A stretch of DNA of 64,000 nt from Raillietiella orientalis. Taxonomy: Eukaryota. The stretch lies in the NCBI GenBank assembly GCA_036172245.1, contig JAYWIR010000012.1, forward strand, positions 310,001-374,000. The letters are read 5' to 3'. This document shows positions 1 through 9,950 of this stretch, in pieces. The notes beneath the pieces are model-generated. The model ran no database searches and was not told the origin of the DNA. It saw only the letters and a list, made by a program, of their open reading frames with translations. How positions within the stretch are numbered: the stretch's first letter is position 1; each line of letters opens with the position of its first letter. A program made the translations under genes and the position numbers.

Positions 1-176
1 CCAAAAAAACAATTTGTTAAGTTTCTGTACAGAGGGAAATGCCATAATAAATTATTCTTTGGAGTCATAGTAATTTTCCTTCCCAATTGCTTTACTTTAG
101 AAAGCTGGTAGTGGGAAAAGTGGGATACATCTGTGACATAGGGAGAGGATATTTTTATCCCTGATAAATGCTTGAA

Positions 177-223
177 TTTATTTTGCTCTGAAATCTAATG
201 CAGGTTGGCATCCAAACTTTATT
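177..223 (-). terminator. candidate polyadenylation signals of Lachesin (AATAAA at 218-223 and 177-182)
   Basis: Two AATAAA hexamers about 110-155 nt downstream of the stop codon on the minus strand. Confidence 0.45.
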
Positions 224-331
224 TTTTGCTATGCAGATTGCACAACAGTGAAATTAAAGTACACAAAATAAAATTGTTACTTATATAGGTACAAAGTAAA
301 TGGACGGATATAAAATGACAAAGTGCTTCTG

Positions 332-456
332 TTAACTGTGCCAATTCAGAATGACCAGGGCAATACATAGTATGGTTGATAGTTCACAAACAGCAGCCTT
401 GCTTGAGTAAAAAGTGTAATGCTCACAAGCTGGAGGGCAAACAGGCACAAAGGTCT
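332..456 (-). CDS. Lac: Lachesin terminal exon (GPI-signal-like tail)
   Basis: ETFVPVCPPAC motif, hydrophobic tail, TAA at 334-332; acceptor TTGCAG. Confidence 0.88.
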
Positions 457-2432
457 CTGCAATACAAGAGTGTGTGAGTGTGAATTCATATTATGAAAGC
501 TAGCAAGCACATACCAAACAACTGCACCACAGCATGTGAAGATCCCAGTTTATTGGATGCTCGACATGTATAATTGCCGTATTGACGCTTTTCCACGGTG
601 ATAACTCGTAGAGTACTTGCAGTAAATTGGTCAGCAGTGGCAAAATTGGAGATTCTATACAGGCAAATAAGAAATGTTATATTCACTGTTCTACCTGTAA
701 TGCTGGTTGTTGCTCAATTGAAAACCTTCTTTATGCCATGAAATGGATGGGCTAGGATAAGCTTCCACATGACATACAAGGTCCATGTCATAGTCTGCAG
801 CTTGACCCACACGTGGATGGGGTGTAGTCACCACAGGGGCAAACTCAACTTCAAGTGCAACATTGCGACGAATACCCCTGCCCACTCCATTTTCTGCCAC
901 ACAGTAATATGTGCCACGATCCTCTTTTTTCACTGAATACACAGACAGAACAGAGCCCCGGTAAATGGCACCACCAGTAGGCAATACAGCTGTATTTTCT
1001 CTCCGCCAAGAGATGCGGGCTTCTGGGAATCCTGAAGCATAACACTCCAGCTTTACTGACTGACCCTCAGATACAATCACTGAGCGTGTTGAATTATCAG
1101 ATATAACAGGGGGACGGCGCACTCGAATGTATGTGTTGGCACTGATTCCATTTTGCAAAGAGAGGACAATGAGGCACTGATACACTCCTGCATCAGATTC
1201 TTGCAAGTCCTTGATCTAAAATCCATCAGTCAGAAGTCCTTGTGGACAGAAAATGACTCCATACCTGCAGCACATAGGAAGAAGATCCTGAGTCATAGCG
1301 TAAGGAGAATCGGTTATCCCTTATCAACAGTGAAGGACCTGATGAGATGGTAACGGCATCAGAACCACGGGAATTCTGCTGCTGATCCACTTTGACCCAA
1401 TACACAGGGTAATCTTGCACGTGTTGAGCAGAGCATTCTAGCTGCACTGTGGAGCCAATGTCCACTATTTTCTCAGGAGAGATGTAGGAGATGCTTGGAC
1501 TTCTTTGTGGTGAGGCTGGAAAGACACACTCTCCGAGGTTTTGGAAGAGAGCCACGGTGGGGGAGGTCACAAAAGTGATGCCAAAAGACACGAGGGATGC
1601 TCTGCTTGGCATGATCTGCCACTTGCGACGGATTGGAATCCTCTCCGGATTCCCTCAGGCAACCGGCCATGGTTCCCTCTCCGACTTGGCTGCACCAGAG
1701 CAACAGCAGCTTGTTTGCAAACGGTGGATGTATCCGAGATGCCTGCACGCAGCACGACCAAGTACGGCACGTTTTTGCTGAAGTAGGCTCTGGCTGCTGG
1801 GGTGACAACACCTTCCCTTGTGAGCTTCTACACGTCCTCGAGGCCAGATGCATGCGATGCAGAGAGAACGGAGCCGTGGTCACATATGTGCATGTATGTA
1901 CACGGCCGTATCTGCGCACGTGAGCAAGGACCGGATGCCTCCTAAGCGCGCCTTTGCCGCTCCCAGGGTCCGGTGGCCAAGTGGTTTCTGACGATCGTGA
2001 TGTTCAATCGTGCAGACGTGGTGCATCCATGGAGAAGGGTGTCCTTTGCTCTTTTGCCGTTGTGATGCATGCATCCGTGGTTTCGTCGACACGGCGGCGT
2101 CGGCTCGTGCAGCTCGCAGGCTTTGGCTAGACCGTGCGAGCTTGTCGTGTTTGGCGACACGAAAACACGCCCGGGAGGACGAGGACGCTTTTTGCTGCGT
2201 GCGACGCTGGCAAATCCCGTTCTCTCCCGAATCGAACGCCCAGCATATGTGTGCATTGCAGCCAGAAGACAGACACGCGGCGAAGGAGGCTTTCGGCCGA
2301 CACTGCATTCCGGTGCCCGCGGGGCAGAAGGGTGGAACGGAAAACACTGCACTTACCGAGGTGAACAAGGCTCAGGAGTACGAGGTACGCGACCCGCGTA
2401 CAGGAGGAACGCTTCGATGAAACCAACGGCAT
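332..2432 (-). CDS. Lac: Lachesin (three-Ig-domain, GPI-anchored cell adhesion protein), 370 aa; join(complement 2357-2432, 1265-1515, 695-1215, 515-654, 332-456)
   Basis: Spliced translation MPLVSSKRSSCTRVAYLVLLSLVHL-ASPQRSPSISYISPEKIVDIG...RRPPVISDNSTRSV...EFAPV...DMDLVCHVEAYP...ETFVPVCPPAC...LSTILCIALVILNWHS* is collinear with insect Lachesin as I recall it. All four introns are GT-AG with consistent phases (1,0,2,1); total 1113 nt. N-terminal signal peptide and hydrophobic C-terminal tail. Confidence 0.93.
515..654 (-). CDS. Lac: Lachesin exon 4 (Ig3)
   Basis: ISNFATADQFTASTLRVITVEKRQYGNYTCRASNKLG; acceptor GTATAG, donor GTATGT. Confidence 0.93.
695..1215 (-). CDS. Lac: Lachesin exon 3 (end of Ig1, Ig2, start of Ig3)
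   Basis: IKDLQESDAGVYQC...ECYASGFP...DRGTYYCVAENG...NNQHY; acceptor TTTTAG, donor GTAGAA. Confidence 0.94.
1265..1515 (-). CDS. Lac: Lachesin exon 2 (Ig domain 1)
   Basis: QRSPSISYIS...VQLECSAQ...RFSLRYD...YVLQ; acceptor TTTCCAG, donor GTATGG. Confidence 0.92.
2357..2432 (-). CDS. Lac: Lachesin coding exon 1 (signal peptide)
   Basis: ATG at 2432-2430, 25 codons plus 1 nt, then a perfect G|GTAAGT donor; phase matches the TTTCCAG| acceptor at 1516. Confidence 0.8.
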
Positions 2433-4561
2433 GCTGCTGCACTTCACTTACGCCTGCTCGGTGTGTCGTGCATTTCCACAGCCCAAATCTTCACGCATCG
2501 GCACAGCTTCCGCAGTGACTCTTCCTCCAAGAAAACAAACACAACACTCAGGTGTGTCCGCGGCAGCTCGCTGCGGCTCACCTTCGCCGCCGCTTGCGTG
2601 CAGCTGAACAACATGGTACCTGCCTGCCACTCGCGGGCTCCCCAATTCGTGATAGAATTCCATCCACACGGGTATGTTCGATGGCTTTGGTTGGCTCTTT
2701 TTGGGGAAGATTCAGCCTTCGCCCCTTATTTCGGGGATTCTCTTTCTTTCTTTTCCTTTTCTCCCGGCTGCAAACGTTTGATTTTAAATAATGTATGCAG
2801 TCGGTTCAAGGTTGGGAAAGTAGCAAGAATTTCGGTTTCAGTTTTATAGGTCTGCCAACTATGAAGCAATATCCGGATACAGCGACAAGAAACTTCCAGT
2901 GTCGTTAATCTTTGTGAGACGAAAGCGTAGGGATCGCTTGAGATCTGTATTTTAATCACTTTAAAATCACCTGTTGCTGAAGTCTGCAGACTAAAACCTG
3001 CTGTAATGAACTAGCAAGAAGTTCTGAAGAAAAAAAAAAATGCTTTTTTTTTTTTCTTCTTATATTTTGTTGCATCAGAGTCTAACGTGAGTGCATAGAT
3101 TTCTTCGTACACATTTCTGTTTTACTAATTGTACATCTAATGAAACATAAAGTGCTTGTGTTTCTTATCTGGATGTTTTTGTTTTGTTACTTCACTAATA
3201 TACCTTATTTGTATCTGAAATATGTACACAGCGTATCTTTCATATTTGCATATGAGAATTTAGATTTCATTCAAACATATACGAATAACTCTGATATGTT
3301 ATAAAAGTGTGTTGATATTAAAAGAGCGATGCTTCCTTCAAATGCTCCATTTTAGATTGGAAATAAAGACTACCCAACTTTCTGACTTAATTCTTTACAA
3401 GGGTGAAGTTCTTCAAAGAAAATAAATAAAAATAAAATGTACAATAAAGCAATTCCCAGATTACCACTCGGCAGACAGAATGAATTCTCACTTTATCAAC
3501 GACATTTTTCAAAAACATTATGAAATCTTCATAAGAGACATTCAAGTGTATCATAACGTGAACAGTAATTGACGGTATGTGATAAGGTTTTCTTCGAAAC
3601 ACCTGGAAAAAAAATATGTAGCAGGTAATGAAAATTTCTGCCCACTATTTCCCGTTTCAAATAATCAAGTACATTGAAAAATTGAAGTATATGGTAGGTT
3701 GCACGTACATCTTTCTAGAGACAGGAAGACTAGAGTGTACAATTATTCCATCTACACGCTGGCGATCGTTTATGTAATTTACAGAAATACGACGCAATTT
3801 GATGCAAACTTTTCGTTTCTTCGGCGGTACACATCTTCAAAAACGACAGTTTAACCTGTGTACGCAAAAAAAAATCAAATCTCCTTTCTGAATGGATTTG
3901 CTATTTACATATTTGGCTCGCGAATCCTTCTGCACCTGCAAATAGTTTATGAAATACTATAGCTTCTATTAGCTTCCTAATGTTACATAACGCCCTTACT
4001 CTCTCTCCGAGTTGCCATCATCATCTTGAGTCTCAGTCAGATGAAGATCATGCAAATTCACAAACATTCCCGAGTATCTCACCAAACGTTAGGTGCACTC
4101 AGCATTGGACCTACTTCCGCGAAAGTATATTTGAAGCTGTTCACATCACATTCTTTGTATTCAGCAGTTTTAAAGAGAGGATACGTTGATTTTGGTAACA
4201 TTTTCATATTTGGTAACATTGTAAAGCCTAAGGCACTTTTCATGCTGCACGTCTTTAGTTTGCTATGCTTTCTCATGAGGCGCTCTGTACCTAAATCCAT
4301 GAATCATCTCGTGAATGCTTCTCCGCCTGCCTGCATAGTCTGAAAGTGAGGCTACACGTATCCAAGTTGAGTGAATACCTGGAGGAACTGGTTAGTACAA
4401 AAACAGTTTTGCAAATCTCTGGAATCCGGGACATTTGTTCCTATCTAGGGCATCTAGATACAAACAGATGCCCTAGGGCACTGTTTCTAGTGCATATATG
4501 TAGTCATGAAGGATATTTCCAGTAATCCAGTGCTTAGAAATCGAAGATTTCGATTCGTTTT

Positions 4562-4593
4562 TGTGTGTGTGTGTGCGCGCGCGCGCGCGCGCG
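4562..4593. repeat. compound (TG)n(CG)n microsatellite
   Basis: tgtgtgtgtgtgtgcgcgcgcgcgcgcgcgcg. Confidence 0.9.
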
Positions 4594-4749
4594 AGTTTCT
4601 TCTTTTTTACATACGTCCAGCGGTTTTCATTTTGCATTGCCGTGAAGTCGTTGCCTGCCGAGCTGAGATTGGGTTAAGACGTGAAGTCCGAACACCAAAG
4701 AGCAGGCGTGTCTCATCTCAAATCAAAACGTGCACGATCTTGAGGATCT

Positions 4750-5450
4750 TTCCAGAATGTGACATGAATACGCTAATTCTTGTATAACCTTTTGTGCTGG
4801 TCCGTGAGAGTTGGCAGGCACTTTGCTAATTTTCAGGATGACTGATTTTGGAGACAGTCTTGGTTAGCTTGTTTTCATAATTAGAGTGCTATTTTACATT
4901 GGCTTCCAGGCAGTTCATGAGGTTTATCGATAGACAAACTGCTTGCCAGGAAAAAAAATCAAGCTTCTTGCACATGATGTATATTTGTGAGCATCCATCG
5001 AAAGGTACGATCACCTGGCGTACAAGGTATATTCGTATCAGCTCTTTTGTACATTCGAAATGCACGGTGAGGTTGCTTTCCGTGGAAGGACAAACTTCAT
5101 AGGAGGCTGAAGATTTTTAAAAAAATCGAATCAACTCGAGAAATCACGCGTTCCTTTGGGGAATATCAGAGCTCTTTTGAGGAAATTATGATTCATGAAG
5201 AGTGCGAATAATGGATGCTATCATTGAACAAATTCATTCATATTCATAAGGCTGACTGTACTTTAACCATACTTTAATCATTAGTGGATGTCAGGGAAAA
5301 TACATGGCTCATTCCAGGGCAATTTCATCTCTTTCAAACACCGAGAGTTCCCGATCAAGAGCAGATTCAGGAAGGGATACTTCTCTCTTTCGGGATTTTC
5401 ATTGAGATGCTGCAGATCTCCTGTCTTAGCTGATCAGACAAACTTGTGAT
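4750..5450 (-). mobile_element. possible Penelope-like RT relic
   Basis: Decayed translations QHLNENP-EREKYPFLNLLLI and SIIRTL resemble the PLE RT C-terminal motif (LN...E.E....LPFLD.L); many stops. Confidence 0.3.
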
Positions 5451-7149
5451 TCTTTGTCAAAGACAAACAGCCCCGCAGAAGCAGCCGAGCATCCTCGTAT
5501 TTTGAAATTTTGAATGTCATTTTAATTCTGAAAATTCAAAGAGTACATAAAAAATTGAATTTTCAGCACATGCTATTGCCTTTCAGAATCCTATCACTAT
5601 CAGAAAACGAATGCGTGTGTAATGAGCTCATTCCTCCAGAAGAGATTTTTGAGTTTAATCGGATGGGGGGGCGGATGTTTCGTCCTCTAGTTACTCTTTT
5701 CAGTCAACGGTTCCATTAGACTACAAAATAACAGTTGCCTTCAGTAAGAGCTATTAGAAGCACTTTGAAAAATCTCTATCCCCCTAACGCACAAGCGTAT
5801 ATCCTAATACACATCTACAAACAGATTACCTGCGCATGCAACCCATGAGGTTTCCAGAGTGATAAGCATTTTTCACATAATCGGGTTCCGAAAGAACATC
5901 GGTATTTGTTAGCGGGGAATCTCATTAAAAGAAAATGATTGCATGTCATGAAACAGAATGACGTTTGACCACTGAAACGCACCGGGTAACTGGCAAAACA
6001 AGCAGGCGTATAATCTCATTTTCATTAGGCAAATAAATTCCGTACTCCCTGAAATTTTAATAAATAATTGGATAAAAGGCAGATAGAGAAGTTGAAGTGC
6101 ATGTCAAGTCACCCTGAATTTTCAGCATAACGTGCGTAAAGACACAGAGCACTTTCGTGAAGGTGGCCACACAAACACCTCATAGCTGGAGTGCGGTAGA
6201 TGGTAATGAATGTCTTTTAAATTACTATAAGTGGATGAGTTAAACGAAACCGGTTGTGCCCAGAGAAGAAAACAGTGACTGGGAAATTTGCTTGAACAAA
6301 AAGACCGATTCTTTCCTTCTTACTGCGGTCGGAAGCTTCGCTTCATAAAAGTGCTTCCATGCAACGTCTTCTCTTAAATCTCACCGTAAAGCGATTGAAA
6401 TTTCGATAAATTCAGCGAATAGGCTGATTCGATGTCATCTGGGTAGGGGATAGGTCTTGGGATTTTGTGTTCTATTACCGGCTAAGAAATTTTTATGACG
6501 TCACGAATTCAGCGACCCTGAGGAACCCTGGAAGAGTCGAGGAGGAAGAGAAAATTCGCATGCACACGTTCTGTAAAAAGCTATGCAGTTTAGAAAACAG
6601 CAGCAACAACAAAAATAATCGTCCAAGTAAGAAGAATGCCTCTGGTGCTTTGCAGCTATATCAATATGACTAGAAGATACGCCCGAAGATATGAATACGC
6701 CTTCACTGTCCACACTAGGCTTTTCTCATTCGAGCAATTAAAGGAAACTGAGTCTCATAATGCCTGGTTACATGACAGGCAATTAAGCATTCAGTTAAGA
6801 GCCCCTAAGGAGGATGAAAGGATACATGATGTGTCGACGTAGCGTCAGATATCTCTTGCTAGCTAACTGAAATAAAAGCACACAACAAGACTTTGGGAAC
6901 ATCATGCTGATTTGAGATTCTCTTCAGTTAAACAGAAAACAAAATAAAGAGGAACAAAAATAGGAAATCCTTTATATGTATGTATATAAAGGATTTATCA
7001 GCAAATCGATATGCGTAGGAAACAGCCTTCTCTGCTGGCAAACGTAGTCAGCATAAGCGGCAAGTGACAAGAAGAATCACCGAAAAGACAACGAGCAACC
7101 CGAAAAGCAGATGATTTTCCATTTGCAGGCTGGAAGATACCATACCTCA

Positions 7150-8180
7150 TAGCGCGGTAGAAATCGGGACAGATTCCCTGTCCACTCGAGACCGTGTCAT
7201 CTTAGAAAGCAGTACACAACTGACGTTGCACGTTTCGTAATGGGTAGATGAAGCAGTGTGCAGCACACACAACACTTTCTCATAAGACCCTGCAATATTT
7301 TTCGAGTGACGCTACAAATACTCCATTTATCATCCTCCTGGCATCGTTCCGTGGGCTTTTAGTTTGTTAAATGGTCCTCTCAAATGGGCCGTGACTGTTC
7401 TCTCAGGAACCATTCGACTGGAACCCGAATCTTGCAAATTTTTTGCGGCATCACTTCCACTGCATGATCGCTAAACAAAAAACGAATTCTTCGTCATCGC
7501 AGTCATGTCACATGGTCTCAGTACTATACTACTGATGCCATGCTCGTTCCATACTCTGTGATGATTCCTGACAGAAACACTGTTTGTAGATCACAAAGAT
7601 GGGAAGGGAGGAGGGGGGAATGACGCGTCTCTGGTGAACTCACAAGTCGAGCAATAAGTCCTCGCAAATGTCGCGGCTGACTTTCTGCACATAACAACCA
7701 TCTATATAAGGACAGGTAAAATATCTGGAGAATTTATCAGAAGCACGCCTCCCCTGCGAGAAGAGGAGAAAACCAGAGCTCTTTTCTTGAGTCATATGGT
7801 TCAGGGACCCTACCTCCGATTCCTCATTCATACAACCCATCTCCTTATTGGTATCTTTGCAGTGTGTTCTAAAGTAACGTGAAAATGATGCCTTTTGTAT
7901 TTTGTACATGTGTCATCACCCTTCTGTGTCATCCTACATACATTCTGTACTCCAGGTAACGCACACGAAGAGACAATCGCAGAAGCTCAGCTGATCCTTG
8001 GTATACAAGGAATGGCACAAGAACTGAAGAACTTGGCCATCCTCTGATCTAGAGGCTTCTCAACAACTTGAGAGTGTCAATGAGTCCCTATTCTGGAATG
8101 TACTTCTACGCATGCTGGGTAGGAACTTGAGCCTCCTATTGCAATCAAACGTGAACTTCTCATCGCCCATGTATTTCACG
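7150..8180 (+). pseudogene. decayed caspase-like pseudogene
   Basis: EFFVIAVMSHG at 7484-7516 (caspase catalytic-His motif), followed in order across frameshifts by PPLR..KPELF (L.GKPKLF-like), TPG..RD...W, IQGMAQELKNLA, DL..LESVN and ..MYF (p10-like). The QACRG motif is not intact. Confidence 0.5.
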
Positions 8181-8577
8181 TACTTTCGTTACCGTGGTCT
8201 CATTTCTCTTAGCTGCTCTGTGGATTTTCCTTTCTTTCTTTTTCGCTTTTCAAAGCAGCAACCAATAATTCGTTTTCTGATAGCTCAGAGATCTCAATCT
8301 TGAAAGCCACTCTTCGCAGCTTCCATTGAGACGATGACGTTTTGCCTACAATTGGAATGCATCCATAAGTCCGATGCTTACTTGCTGCATCTGGTTCATC
8401 TTCCACTGTACAGGAAATTTGTTGTATTCTACAATTTTTGAGATGTTTTCTGATCGGAGATGCATCTTTCACTGCAATGTATTTTTTCCTTTCTTAAAAA
8501 TCATCCCTTAATCGCTTCACTATGTGCTAAACTGTTGAACTCTTCACTCACAATACTCCCATTCACTTGGTTATTAA

Positions 8578-8934
8578 CCTGTTAAGAGAGTTTGACGTGT
8601 ACACATGCGTTTTGTAAAGGCTCCAATGTGGAGCGTTTGACGAATATACACGCCGTGCGAAAAAGCAAAGATTACCCTTCGCCATGAAAATACGAAATTT
8701 TAGTGAAAAATTGACGCAATCTCATTTTAATGTGTACTTTACTTATATTCTGATCGGGACTGCAATGTGCAATGACCTTAATTTTTCATCAAAACATTTT
8801 TGAAGTGATGGCAACCAAACAAAAAATTCTTTCTTTTTACATACTGGGTTTTGTTTACAAACTTTGTACATACTGGGTTAATTGGAGATTTAATTGAGGA
8901 AAATAATAATTGGCAAAAAAGACAGAATATGGTC
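8578..8934 (+). mobile_element. piggyBac left end (truncated)
   Basis: TTAA (8574-8577) followed by TIR CCTGTTAAGAGAG; about 90% identical to 27538-27873. Confidence 0.85.
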
Positions 8935-9950
8935 CACTCCTCCTTTAACTTTTACTGGTCTTCCTTTGTGTTCCTTTGTGTAGAAAGCAAATACAACATA
9001 TGACTTTCTCAGCTGTCTTCTTTCATGCCTTCTTCTAAGAAGACGTTCTTGATAAGATTTTTTCTTCATAAAAATATCTTCATAACCAGAACTCATCTCG
9101 AACTCCCAGATAACCGTGCACAGTCTTTTTTTTTCTCCACAGAAGATTGTCTTCGTCTTCTGCATCCACGGTTGCGATTCTTTCTGATCAAAGCAATGGA
9201 TGCTGAGAGTCGAATGCTCCATTTCCCTTTTCCTTCGATGAGATGGACGTTTCTCAAGCAGATTCTTTGATGTGTGGATCTCCCCATCAACTTGGTCAGA
9301 CTAGCCAGTTCGGAAAAGATGTAGAAGGTTCACATTCCAGCCCCTGAAGAGGATTTCCTAGAAACTTAGTCTTCTTAGAGACATCGACCCCACTGTTCTG
9401 CTGCTGAATGTTTTCAACAGCGGATTCGCTTTTCGGCCTTTTGGATAAAATCAAAAGTGTTGAATGCTTTCAGATACGACAGCAGTTCTATTGGCTTCAT
9501 GTAGCTTTCCGTCGCATCTGCAGGGTTCTTATTTCTGCTTATCCACCACTTGAATATTCTCTTGGCTTCTGACTCGCATTGTTCAATCACCTCAGCATAC
9601 AAAGGCATCTCATGTGTCAAGGTTTTTGAGCAGGAGCCAACTCTCTGACATGATTTCGCGCTACTTCGTTCCGTACCTCGTCCTCTCGTCGCTTGCAACT
9701 ATCAACTGCATCGCAAGTCACCCACTGGCAACCAGTTTCCTGATCTACTGGGACGCGCTGCGGATTGCTCCGAGAGTTGCTTTTGCAGTCGTACTCCATT
9801 TATCCCTGATGTTTTGTCTGAGAGGATCACGAGCACTCCAGACTAAGCTAAGAAGCATGGTAAATGCGACGGGGATTACCAAACTTGCGATGGAGATTTC
9901 TAAGATCCAAGGTTTTCCCGTTCTGCTGAAAACTCACACGAGACCTTTGG
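8935..9950 (-). mobile_element. possible BEL/Pao gag relic
   Basis: LRNLHRKFGNPRRIYHA (DUF1759-like), P.ELLSYL, and a downstream KKRLC Cys/His remnant; decayed. Confidence 0.35.

Noticed and set aside
1226..1612. ORF-track start MPSRASLV... as the Lachesin N-terminus
   Set aside because: It reads through intron 1; the exon at 2357-2432 provides a better signal peptide and a perfect phase-matched donor
3400..3860. Possible minus-strand exons (splice-like sites; VDGIIVHSSLP)
   Set aside because: Frames contain stops and the motif is too short to assign
8209..8520. GIY-YIG endonuclease remnant
   Set aside because: Only a vague resemblance, with no GIY/YIG motif retained
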